Assembly: GCA_036560805.1 (NCBI GenBank)
Contig: DATBQM010000018.1
Location: 3,494-67,493, forward strand
DNA from: Gaiellaceae bacterium
Lineage (GTDB): Bacteria > Actinomycetota > Thermoleophilia > Gaiellales > Gaiellaceae
DNA: 64,000 bases
Direction of reading: 5' to 3'
Part shown: piece by piece, positions 1-8,249 of the stretch
Layout of the letters: each line of letters opens with the position of its first letter
Position numbering within the stretch: position 1 is the first letter of the stretch
Translations under genes and position numbers: made by a program
The notes under the pieces: model-generated
Databases searched by the model: none
What the model was told of the DNA's origin: nothing
Seen by the model: only the letters and a program-made list of their open reading frames with translations

Positions 1-524
1 TCCGAGTTGCGGACGAGCCGGCGGACGCTGGTGAGGATGTCCTCGCGGGCGGCGACGCCGAGCTCGACCGGGTGGCGGGTGGCGAGCCGGAGCTCGTCGA
101 TCCCGTGCAGGTTCGCCGGATCGGCGACTGCGAGCAGGAGCGTGTCGCCGCGGAGGGCGTACGGGATGGCAACGACCCGCTCGAGCACGTGCAGCGGGAT
201 GAGCCGGGCGGCGGTCTCGTCCACCTCGGCGAGCGCCAGGTCGACGAGCGGAAGCTGATGGCGGGCCGCGAGGATGCGGGCGATGCCGTCGCTCGAGGCG
301 ACGCCCTCCTCGACGAGCGCCTGCGCGAAGGAGCCCGTCTGGCGAGCCCGGCCGCGCACGGCCGCGAGCGCGTCGACGGGGACGAGCTGCGTCGCGGACA
401 GGAGGTCGGCCACGAGCTCCGCGAGCTCGTTGACGCCGTACTCGCCGCCGAGCGGCGCGCGCAGACCGCCGCCCGTCGGCATGACGGTGCGGAGGACGGG
501 GGGTTCCTGGCGTTCGTCGCTCAT
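1..524 (-). CDS. pilB: Type IV pilus assembly ATPase, PilB/GspE family, N-terminal part only (gene runs off the left edge)
   Basis: Absent from the ORF track because it has no stop in the window. Reverse translation from ATG at 524 gives MSDERQEPP...FAQALVEEGVASSDGIARILAARHQLPLVDLALAEVDETAARLIPLHVLERVVAIPYALRGDTLLLAVADPANLHGIDELRL, the GspE/MshE N-terminal domain pattern. Divergent from the pilin operon. Confidence 0.75.
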   Translation of the reverse strand, partial: MSDERQEPPVLRTVMPTGGGLRAPLGGEYGVNELAELVADLLSATQLVPVDALAAVRGRARQTGSFAQALVEEGVASSDGIARILAARHQLPLVDLALAEVDETAARLIPLHVLERVVAIPYALRGDTLLLAVADPANLHGIDELRLATRHPVELGVAAREDILTSVRRLVRNS

Positions 525-665
525 GCGATCCCTCGAACGAGGTATCGGCACGCGACAGCGACGTCATTAGGGGGTTCGGCCGGTAGGGCGCATCCCCCGG
601 TCGAGGGTGATCCGGGGCGACCGGCCTAAAGCAAGCGCGCGCGAAGGCCGAAATCAAGAGCAGCG

Positions 666-1220
666 ATGAAAGCGATCGCGTTGCGTCTGCGCCTCCGTTC
701 CGACTCCGGCTTCTCCCTCGTGGAGCTGATCGTCACCATGGGCATCATGGGGGTCGTCCTCGGCGGCCTCGTGAACGTCTTCGTCTCCGGCGAGCGGGCG
801 AGCTCCGACGCCACCGCCCGGATGACGAGCCAGCAGGCCGTTCGCGTCGCCTTCGACCGGCTCGAGTACGACGCCCGCTGCGCGGATACCGCCACCCTCC
901 TGAACAAGTCCGGGAGCAACGGCGCCGGCGTCTACATCCACCTCCCCTCGCAGTGCGCCCACGCGACCGGAACCGTCACCTGGTGCGTGACGAGCGGATC
1001 GCTCACGCGGAACACGGGCACGACGTGTCCCGGCACCGCGCAGACCTTGGTGACGAGCGTCACGTCGGCGACGCCCTTCTCCTGCTACTCGCCGGTGTCC
1101 GGCTCGCTGCCCCAGCTCAAGGTGGCCCTGACCGTGAACTCGTCCACGCGGAACTCGAACAAGTCCGTGGCAACCGACTACATCACGATGCACAACGCCC
1201 TTTCAACTGGATGCTCGTGA
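666..1220 (+). CDS. Type IV pilin-like protein with prepilin N-terminal cleavage/methylation motif
   Basis: N-terminus MKAIALRLRLRSDSG|FSLVELIVTMGIMGVVLGG is a classic G|F-x-x-x-E prepilin site followed by a hydrophobic helix. It is the first gene of the plus-strand pilus operon. Confidence 0.8.
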   Translation: MKAIALRLRLRSDSGFSLVELIVTMGIMGVVLGGLVNVFVSGERASSDATARMTSQQAVRVAFDRLEYDARCADTATLLNKSGSNGAGVYIHLPSQCAHATGTVTWCVTSGSLTRNTGTTCPGTAQTLVTSVTSATPFSCYSPVSGSLPQLKVALTVNSSTRNSNKSVATDYITMHNALSTGCS

Positions 1221-2764
1221 TGCACCGCATCCTCCAGCGCATCGTCGGAGAGGAGCGCGGGGTCGCCCTCGTGATGGCGCTGATCATCATGGCGGCGCTC
1301 GCCGGGACGACCGCGGCGCTCGTCCTGCCCGGCGCGGTCAACCAGCGCAGCTCGCTGAAGTCCGCGGACGCACGGCAGGCGTTTGCGCTCGCCGAAACTT
1401 CACTCGCGTATGGCGAGGGCGCGGTGTACGCCGCCGTCGGCGTCATCCCGACGACGCTCCAGACCATCGCCGCCCAGCCCGGCGGAGGCACCGGCACGTG
1501 GCAGGCCACGATGGTCAACGACGGCTGCAACTGCACGTGGTCGATCACCGCAACCGGCACCGTGGATAGCGCCCACCGAACCATCACGACGATCGCGACC
1601 GACGCCTCGACGACGACGGTCACGGATTACAGCGTCTGGAACTACCTCTACTCGGACAGCACCTCGGTCTGCACGACGATCAGCGGCGGCGTGACCGTGT
1701 CGGTGCCGATCCTCACGCGCGGGAACGTCTGCCTCTCGGGCGGCGGCCACTTCACCGGCAGTCAGCTCAAGGCGGGCGGCACGCTGAGCGACACCGGTGG
1801 GTCGAACATCGGGACGGTCGGGTCGCCCGTGAGCACGGTACAGATCGGCGGCTGCACCGCCTGGAACACGGACGGAAGCTGCAAGACGACATCGGCCACC
1901 CCGTGCACCCTCCAGCCGAGCTCGACCGTCACCGTCGCGGTCGGCACGAATCCGTGCGACGGAAAGCACTCGCCGCTCTACGCGACCAGCATCAGCGGCT
2001 CGCTCGACGTCGCGCCGCAGATGCCCTGCATCGGCCAACCGACATCGTGGGACCCGCAGTGCACGGTCGCGAACGGCGACGCCGGAAACTGGGTGACGCT
2101 CGTGAACGCCTACAACGCGCAGAAGGCGCTGACGAAGACCGGCTGCCCGGCCAACCTGTTCGACAACGACAGCACGCTGAACAACAGCGACGCGTCCATC
2201 ACATCGGCGATGCTCGGAGCGACGTCGTACGACTGCAAGGTCGGGACGAACGAGATCAAGTACACGGTCAACAGCGGCAACGGCTGCGGGACCGGAACGC
2301 TGTACGTCAGCGGGACGCTGTACTTCGACGGCAGCTTGAGCATGGGCTGCGGCCTGAAGGTCGTGTACAGCGGACAGGCGACCATGTACTTCACGGGCAC
2401 CGTCACGCAGGCGGGCGGGACGCAGCTCTGCGGCATCGCCAGCTGCACGGCATCGTGGAATCCGGCGACGGCCGGAATCATCTTCATTGCCGGCTGCTGG
2501 ACGAACTCCACCGGCAGCACCTTGGCGGCCTCGAAATGCGTCTACGTCACCGGCGGCTCGAGCGCGCAATGGGGTGCCTACGCGACGACGGCGTACCAGA
2601 TCGACGGCGGCTCCGGGAACATGGGCCCCGTGCTCGCGAACTCGCTGACGGTCGGCGGCGGCAGCTCGACGCTCATCCCGTTCACCGTGATGCCGCCGGG
2701 CACCCCGCTGAACACACAGTCGCACTTCATCCCGGCGTCGATGCCGAAGAGCTGGTCGGGCTAA
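1211..2764 (+). CDS. PilX-N-like pilus-associated protein, large Cys/Thr/Gly-rich extracellular region (candidate minor pilin or tip adhesin)
   Basis: In-frame ATG at 1211 overlaps the stop of the pilin gene. The sequence ERGVALVMALIIMAALAGTTAALV resembles the PilX N-terminal anchor. The remaining ~480 aa are T/S/G-rich with 18 Cys. The 953 start in the ORF track is judged an upstream extension. Confidence 0.6.
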   Translation: MLVMHRILQRIVGEERGVALVMALIIMAALAGTTAALVLPGAVNQRSSLKSADARQAFALAETSLAYGEGAVYAAVGVIPTTLQTIAAQPGGGTGTWQATMVNDGCNCTWSITATGTVDSAHRTITTIATDASTTTVTDYSVWNYLYSDSTSVCTTISGGVTVSVPILTRGNVCLSGGGHFTGSQLKAGGTLSDTGGSNIGTVGSPVSTVQIGGCTAWNTDGSCKTTSATPCTLQPSSTVTVAVGTNPCDGKHSPLYATSISGSLDVAPQMPCIGQPTSWDPQCTVANGDAGNWVTLVNAYNAQKALTKTGCPANLFDNDSTLNNSDASITSAMLGATSYDCKVGTNEIKYTVNSGNGCGTGTLYVSGTLYFDGSLSMGCGLKVVYSGQATMYFTGTVTQAGGTQLCGIASCTASWNPATAGIIFIAGCWTNSTGSTLAASKCVYVTGGSSAQWGAYATTAYQIDGGSGNMGPVLANSLTVGGGSSTLIPFTVMPPGTPLNTQSHFIPASMPKSWSG

Positions 2765-2796
2765 AGCCGAAGCTCCTCGATTCCGATCTCTCGGGC

Positions 2797-3984
2797 GTGG
2801 ACCTGAACGGCCTGCTCAGGCACGCGGTCGAGCTCGGGGCGAGCGACATTCACCTCAAGCTCGGGCGGCCTCCCGTCCTTCGTCGGGACGGCGGCCTCGC
2901 CGCGCTCGATGTTCCGCCCCTCGACGAGGCGGCCCTCGCCTCGATCCTGGAGACGGTCGGGACGCGCTCCCCGGAGCGGCTCGCGGCCTTCCACACGAAC
3001 GGCGACCTCGACATCGCCTACCAGGACGAAGACCTCCCGCGCTTCCGAGTCAACGCGTACCGCCAGCGCGGCGCGACGAGCTTCGCGTTCCGCGTCATCC
3101 CGAAGAACGTGCCGACGCTCGAGTCGCTCGGGATCCCGCCCGTTGTGCAGACCCTCGCCGAGGAGCACCGCGGCCTCATCCTCGTCACCGGCGCCACCGG
3201 CTCGGGGAAGACGACGACGCTCGCGGCCATGATCGACCACATGAACAAGACGCGGTCGCAGCACATCATCACGATCGAGGACCCGATCGAGATCCTCCAT
3301 CCCGACCAGGGCTGCATCGTCAACCAGCGGGAGATCGGCCTCGACACCACTGACTTCGGCCAGGCGCTGCGCCGCGCTCTCCGCCAGGACCCCGACGTGA
3401 TCCTCATCGGCGAGCTGCGCGACGCGGAGACGGCCCAGACCGCTCTCCAGGCCGCGGAATCGGGCCACCTCGTGCTCTCGACGCTGCACACGATCGACGC
3501 CGCCGAGACGGTCGGCCGCATGGTCGAGTTCTTTCCGCCCGAGAAGCAGGTCGTGATCCGCGCGATCATGGCCGGCGTTCTGCGCGGCGTGATCAGTCAG
3601 CGACTTCTCCCGCGCGAAGGGGGCGGGCGCGTCGCCGCGATCGAGGCCATGGTCATGAACGCGCGCATCGCAGACCTCATTCGCGAGGGCCGCGCAGACG
3701 AGATCACGGACGCGGTCGCCGAGGGTGAGTACTTCGGCATGCAGACCTTCACTCAGGCGCTCATCCAGCACGTGCTCTCCGGCGCGGTCGATCGCGAAGT
3801 CGCCGCGAACGCCGCCACGCATCGGCACGACTTCCTCGTCTCCCTCGAGCGGGCGGAGAAGGTGCAGCGGGCAGCCCAAGCGGTCGACGCGGCGGCTCCC
3901 GCCCCGGTGACGGAGACGCCGGAGCTCGAAGAGCCCCAGCCGGAGCTGCTCGACACCGGCCTGCGCATCGTTCCCGCGGGGTGA
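2797..3984 (+). CDS. pilT: Twitching-motility (pilus retraction) ATPase PilT
   Basis: VDLNGLLRHAVELGASDIHLKLG..., Walker A GATGSGKTTT, ...ITIEDPIE, DPDVILIGELRD and HLVLSTLHT together form the PilT signature. The start is set at GTG 2797, so the ORF-track start at 1903 is an off-target extension. There is a ~45-aa acidic/Pro C-terminal tail. Confidence 0.9.
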   Translation: MDLNGLLRHAVELGASDIHLKLGRPPVLRRDGGLAALDVPPLDEAALASILETVGTRSPERLAAFHTNGDLDIAYQDEDLPRFRVNAYRQRGATSFAFRVIPKNVPTLESLGIPPVVQTLAEEHRGLILVTGATGSGKTTTLAAMIDHMNKTRSQHIITIEDPIEILHPDQGCIVNQREIGLDTTDFGQALRRALRQDPDVILIGELRDAETAQTALQAAESGHLVLSTLHTIDAAETVGRMVEFFPPEKQVVIRAIMAGVLRGVISQRLLPREGGGRVAAIEAMVMNARIADLIREGRADEITDAVAEGEYFGMQTFTQALIQHVLSGAVDREVAANAATHRHDFLVSLERAEKVQRAAQAVDAAAPAPVTETPELEEPQPELLDTGLRIVPAG

Positions 3985-5309
3985 CCGTGAAGCGCGTCGC
4001 GCTCCTCGCACTCGTCGTCCTCGCCGCCGTCCTCGCCGCCGGTGCGCGCGCCGACACGTTCACGGTGGTGCCGACGCCGCTCGTCACGCCGCTCGCGCCC
4101 GACGCCGGCGCGACGCTGGCGCCGCTCCCGTACGCGCAGCTGCTCTCGCTCTGGCAGCAGGCCGGGGCGGAGTACGACGTGCCGTGGCAGGTGCTTGCGG
4201 CGATCAACAAGATCGAGTCGAATTTCGGCCGGAACATGGGCCCGAGCTCGGCCGGCGCGATCGGCTGGATGCAGTTCATGCCGTCCACGTGGATGCGCTG
4301 GGGCGTGGACGCGAACGGCGACGGCGTCGCCGACCCGTGGAACGCGACGGACGCGATCTACTCGGCCGCGCGCTATCTCAGCGCCGCGGGAGCCTCCAGC
4401 GACCTGTACCGGGCCGTGTTCGCGTACAACCACGCGGACTGGTACGTGAACGAGGTGCTCTCCCTCGCCGATCTGTACCAGGCGAACGGCGCGACCGCGT
4501 TCTCGCTCGACCGGATGCAGCAGAACCTCGACGCCGCGCGGCAGGCGGTCGTCGACGCCGCGACGCAGCTGGGACGCCTGCAGGTGCGCGAGAACCGCAT
4601 TTCGCTCCTCTCCGACCGGCTCGCGTTCGAGCCGCGCGTCGCGAAGGCGGCTGCCGCGCTCGCCGATGCCCGGCGAGCGCTGTCGAGCGCGCAGCAATCC
4701 TCGGCCGCCGCGTCGTTCGCGCCGGCCGCTTCGACCCTTCTCTCCGGCCCGACGTACGACTCCGGTTGGGCGTTTCCGGTCGGGGGCGGCCCCGGCGTCG
4801 TCTCCGCCTCGCACACGCACCACGACTATCCCGCGGTCGACATCGCCGCCCCGCTCGGCTCCCCCGTGTACGCCATCGCGAGTGCGACGGTGATCCGGGC
4901 GTGGAGCTACGACGATCCGAAGTGCGGCATCGGTCTGACCCTCCAGACCGACGACGGCCAGATCTGGACGTACTGCCACATGGCCGTCATCGACCCCGCC
5001 GTCGTCCCCGGGGCGAGGCTCGCGAGCGGTCAGCAGGTCGGCCTCGTCGGGGCCACCGGCGACGCAAGCGGCCCGCATCTCCACCTCCAGCTGCAGCCCC
5101 CGACCGCCTGGCCCCAGCAGGAGGCCTGGTTCCAGGCTTTCGCCGGGACCGCCTTCACCTGGAATGACGCGCCGACGACCGGTGCCCTGCGGACGCCGGC
5201 CATCGTCGGCGCCGCCGAGGTCGCGACCTCTCCGGCGGCCGGAAACCGGGTCTTCCAGGTCGTCCAGCCGGCCGCGCCGGCCCCGGTTGTCCTCTTCAGC
5301 CGCGGCTGA
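3981..5309 (+). CDS. Secreted cell-wall hydrolase fusion: lytic transglycosylase (SLT/MltB-like) + coiled coil + M23 peptidase
   Basis: Signal peptide MTVKRVALLALVVLAAVLAAGARA. SLT motif: AAINKIESNFG...GWMQFMPSTW...DPWNATDAIYSAARYL. M23 motifs: HHDYPAVDIAAPLGSPVYA and GATGDASGPHLHLQ. The GTG start overlaps the pilT stop (GTGA). Confidence 0.85.
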   Translation: MTVKRVALLALVVLAAVLAAGARADTFTVVPTPLVTPLAPDAGATLAPLPYAQLLSLWQQAGAEYDVPWQVLAAINKIESNFGRNMGPSSAGAIGWMQFMPSTWMRWGVDANGDGVADPWNATDAIYSAARYLSAAGASSDLYRAVFAYNHADWYVNEVLSLADLYQANGATAFSLDRMQQNLDAARQAVVDAATQLGRLQVRENRISLLSDRLAFEPRVAKAAAALADARRALSSAQQSSAAASFAPAASTLLSGPTYDSGWAFPVGGGPGVVSASHTHHDYPAVDIAAPLGSPVYAIASATVIRAWSYDDPKCGIGLTLQTDDGQIWTYCHMAVIDPAVVPGARLASGQQVGLVGATGDASGPHLHLQLQPPTAWPQQEAWFQAFAGTAFTWNDAPTTGALRTPAIVGAAEVATSPAAGNRVFQVVQPAAPAPVVLFSRG

Positions 5310-5329
5310 GATCTGCCGAAAAGAACAGT

Positions 5330-5737
5330 ATGCGCCGGCTCCTGTTCATCGCCGCCGTCCTCGGCGCCCTCGCCGTGACGGCGATCAGCTTCGCCGCCGC
5401 CGGCCGCCGGCTGGCGTATGTGCCGACGAGCGCCAAACGGCTGCCGTCCACGCCCCTGACGGTCGTCGTGCCGGACGTGCGGCGCGAGGCGTTCGTCTTC
5501 GCCAAGGGCGAGCTCCAGGACGCAGGCTTCGCCTGGAAGGTGAACGGCGGCGTGCCCGGCTACCCGGCGAACATCGTCGTCTCGCAGTCGCCGGCTCCGG
5601 GCACGAAGCTCGTCGACACCGGCTCCCCGCTCATCACGATCACGCTCGAGCGGAACAAGCAGTACGGGTCGAAGGGCGAACCGGAGAACGTCTCGCCGTA
5701 TGCGCCTACCGTGATCCGTCTGGCGGGCTCGAGCTGA
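5330..5737 (+). CDS. Membrane-anchored single PASTA-domain protein
   Basis: N-terminal TM/signal sequence, then VPDVRREAFVFAKGELQDAGFAWKVNGGVPGYPANIVVSQSPAPGTKLVDTGSPLITITL, which fits the PASTA fold pattern. Confidence 0.7.
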   Translation: MRRLLFIAAVLGALAVTAISFAAAGRRLAYVPTSAKRLPSTPLTVVVPDVRREAFVFAKGELQDAGFAWKVNGGVPGYPANIVVSQSPAPGTKLVDTGSPLITITLERNKQYGSKGEPENVSPYAPTVIRLAGSS

Positions 5738-5738
5738 C

Positions 5739-6476
5739 GTGACGTTCGCCGCGCTCGCACTCGCTCCCGGCCTCGCCCTCGGCTCGTTCCTCAACGTCGT
5801 CGCCGCCCGCGTCCCGCTGCGGCGCTCGATCGTCAGCCCCGGCTCGGCATGCATGTCGTGCGAGCACGAGCTGTCGTGGTACGAGAACGTGCCTCTTCTC
5901 TCCTACGCAGCGCTGCGTGGACGCTGTCGGTCCTGCGGCGAGCACATCCCGCTGCGCTACCCGGCTGTCGAGCTCACCGCCGCGCTCCTCGTGGCCGGCT
6001 GCGTGTGGAAGTTCGGCGTGCACGCTGAGGCGCTCGTCGCCTCGTTCTTCTGCCTTGCCCTCGTCGCCGTCTCGGCCACCGACCTCGAGCATCGCATCAT
6101 CCCGAACCGGATCGTCGTTCCCGCCGCCGCGATCGTCCTGGTCGCGCAGACTGCGCTGAGGCTGAGCCCGGAATGGGCGATCGCCGCGTTCGGCGCGTCC
6201 GGCTTCCTCTTTCTCGCGGCGCTCGTCTACCCGTCGGGCATGGGGATGGGCGATGTGAAGCTCGCTCTGCTGCTCGGCGCGATGCTCGGCCGCACCGTGC
6301 CCGTCGCCATCCTGCTTGGGATGGTCGCGGCGCTCGTTCCGGCGGTCGTGCTCCTCGCGCGCCACGGCTCTGCGGCCCGGAAGATGGGCATTCCGCTCGG
6401 CCCCTTCCTCGCCCTCGGCGCCGTCGTCGCGCTGTTCGCAGGCCACCCGCTCCTTCATCTGTATCTGCACCGGTAG
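5739..6476 (+). CDS. pilD: Prepilin peptidase (A24 family)
   Basis: Zn-finger-like CMSCEHEL...CRSCGEHI, polytopic membrane profile, and the catalytic-Asp context GMGMGDVKL. Confidence 0.9.
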   Translation: MTFAALALAPGLALGSFLNVVAARVPLRRSIVSPGSACMSCEHELSWYENVPLLSYAALRGRCRSCGEHIPLRYPAVELTAALLVAGCVWKFGVHAEALVASFFCLALVAVSATDLEHRIIPNRIVVPAAAIVLVAQTALRLSPEWAIAAFGASGFLFLAALVYPSGMGMGDVKLALLLGAMLGRTVPVAILLGMVAALVPAVVLLARHGSAARKMGIPLGPFLALGAVVALFAGHPLLHLYLHR

Positions 6477-6483
6477 GCCGGCG

Positions 6484-7062
6484 ATGCCGACGCGCCTGCA
6501 CCAAGAGCAAGGCCAGGGCATGATCGAGATGATCCTGGCCATCACCGTGATCACCATCGCGGTGCTCGCGCTGATGGCGTCCTACGACGAAGCGTTCTTC
6601 TCGCTCCACTCGTCCGCCCGGAAGACGGCCGCAGCGAGCCTCGCGGAGTCGCAGCTCGAGCTGTACAGCGCGCTGTACAGCAGCCAGAGCGCGTTCTCCT
6701 CGATCGGGCTCAGCTCGACCGAGGTGACGACGGCGAAGGCGAGTGATACCTACTACTCGACGGATGAATCCTCGCTCACCCCGTCCAATACGACCGAGGT
6801 CTCCAACGCGAGCTGCACGTCGACGTCCACGTTGCCGCAGTGCATGCCGGTGCAGACGAACGTCGTCGGCACGGACGGCAAGAAGTACCGCATCGAGACA
6901 TTCGTTCGCGACGTCTCGCAGAGCCTCACATGCACGACGACGCCCCCGTGCCCGACGACGACGGAGCGCGACGTGACCGTCATCGTCCGCGACCCGAACG
7001 TCAGCGGATCGCCGAAGGTCTACACGGTCACCGCCGCGTTCGACCAGGGCCCGCGTTCGTAA
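6484..7062 (+). CDS. Minor pilin / pseudopilin-like protein
   Basis: ATG at 6484 gives MPTRLHQEQG|QGMIEMILAITVITIAVLALMA, with G at -1, E at +5 and a hydrophobic helix. The remainder is Ser/Thr-rich with Cys residues. Confidence 0.65.
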   Translation: MPTRLHQEQGQGMIEMILAITVITIAVLALMASYDEAFFSLHSSARKTAAASLAESQLELYSALYSSQSAFSSIGLSSTEVTTAKASDTYYSTDESSLTPSNTTEVSNASCTSTSTLPQCMPVQTNVVGTDGKKYRIETFVRDVSQSLTCTTTPPCPTTTERDVTVIVRDPNVSGSPKVYTVTAAFDQGPRS

Positions 7063-7064
7063 CG

Positions 7065-8141
7065 CTACGCCGCGAGCCGCGAAACGCCGTAGACGAGCCG
7101 GATCGCGCCCCTCTCGAGGCCGCGCGCGGCGCCGGGATGACTGAGCTCGCCGCGCAGGATCTTCTCCACCGCGCGCCAGGTGACCGGAAGGCGTGCGAGG
7201 GCGAACGTCGTGCGTGGAAAGCGGTCGAAGGCGCGTTTCGCACCCCAGCCGGCGGTGGTCAGTGGGATGATGCGCCGCTCGACGGCCGCCGCGTACGACG
7301 GCAGGTCGCCGCCCAGCACCGCTTCGGCGACGAGCTTCGCGCTGAGGAACGCCTCGTACATCCCGTCGCCGGAGAACGGGTCGACGAGGCCGGCCGCATC
7401 CCCGATCGCCGCCGCGTTGCCACGCACGAACGGCGCGCCTGCTCGACGCATCGGTAGCCGGTACCCGCGCGTGTCGGCGGCGGCGTCGGGATCGATCCCG
7501 TAGGCCTCGCACATGCGGCGCAGATGCGCACGTAGTTGCGGTCCTTCGCTAGCCCAGCCGCCGACGCCGACGTTGACGTGGTCCGCCTTGGGAAAGATCC
7601 AGCCGTAGCCGCCCGGGACGGATGCGATCTCCAGCACCATCGTGCGCGCGTACCGCTCGTCGCGTGGATAGTTCGCCTCGAGCGCAACGCCGTGCACGAC
7701 GTCGGGGACGAAGCCGAGCTGCTTCGTGCTCGTCCCGTTGCAGCCGTCGGCGCAGATGACGACGCGTGCGTCGAGCCCGCGCGCGTCGACGGTCACGCCC
7801 TGGCGCACCTCCGCCCCCGCGGCTTCCGCCTGCTCGAGCAGGAAGTGATCGAGGCGCTTGCGCTGCGTCATGTACGCGAGCGGCGCATGCGCGTGACGCT
7901 CGAAGCGCGGGCCGAAGGCGAGCCGGCATTCCACGCGTTCGATCACGTCCTCGACGACGGGGTCGAGCGAGAACGGCAGCAGCCGCGCGGCGCGCACCGT
8001 GACGCCGCCGCCGCACGGCTTGTCGCGCGGAAAGCGCGCCTTGTCCACCAAGAGCACACGCGCGCCTGCGCGCGCGAGGCGGTATGCCGCCGTCGACCCT
8101 GCAGGGCCGGCACCGATCACAGCGACGTCGAAGGCGGCCAT
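7065..8141 (-). CDS. Geranylgeranyl reductase family FAD-dependent oxidoreductase
   Basis: MAAFDVAVIGAGPAGSTAAYRLARAGARVLLVDK (FAD GxGxxG motif), CGGGV, GYGWIFPK and GDAAGLVDPFSGDG. Confidence 0.85.
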   Translation of the reverse strand: MAAFDVAVIGAGPAGSTAAYRLARAGARVLLVDKARFPRDKPCGGGVTVRAARLLPFSLDPVVEDVIERVECRLAFGPRFERHAHAPLAYMTQRKRLDHFLLEQAEAAGAEVRQGVTVDARGLDARVVICADGCNGTSTKQLGFVPDVVHGVALEANYPRDERYARTMVLEIASVPGGYGWIFPKADHVNVGVGGWASEGPQLRAHLRRMCEAYGIDPDAAADTRGYRLPMRRAGAPFVRGNAAAIGDAAGLVDPFSGDGMYEAFLSAKLVAEAVLGGDLPSYAAAVERRIIPLTTAGWGAKRAFDRFPRTTFALARLPVTWRAVEKILRGELSHPGAARGLERGAIRLVYGVSRLAA

Positions 8142-8167
8142 GGACGGAGGCTACAATCGGCGATCCC

Positions 8168-8249
8168 GGGGGTGTGCCCGAGCGGCCAAAGGGAACGGGC
8201 TGTAAACCCGTCGGCTCAGCCTACGGAGGTTCGAATCCTCCCGCCCCCA
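8168..8249 (+). tRNA. tRNA-Tyr (anticodon GTA), class II long variable arm
   Basis: Acceptor stem GGGGGTG/CGCCCCC, anticodon stem-loop ACGGG-CTGTAAA-CCCGT, long variable arm CGGCTCAGCCTAC, and T-arm GGAGGTTCGAATCCTCC. No encoded CCA. Confidence 0.9.

Noticed and set aside
1400-3984. Long overlapping ORFs 1400..2725(-), 1903..2796(+ extension of pilT), 2761..4011(-) and 3753..5084(-).
   Set aside because: Their composition is Arg/Ala/Gly/Pro-dominated with no motifs. All are antisense or out of frame to genes with clear pilus or hydrolase signatures.
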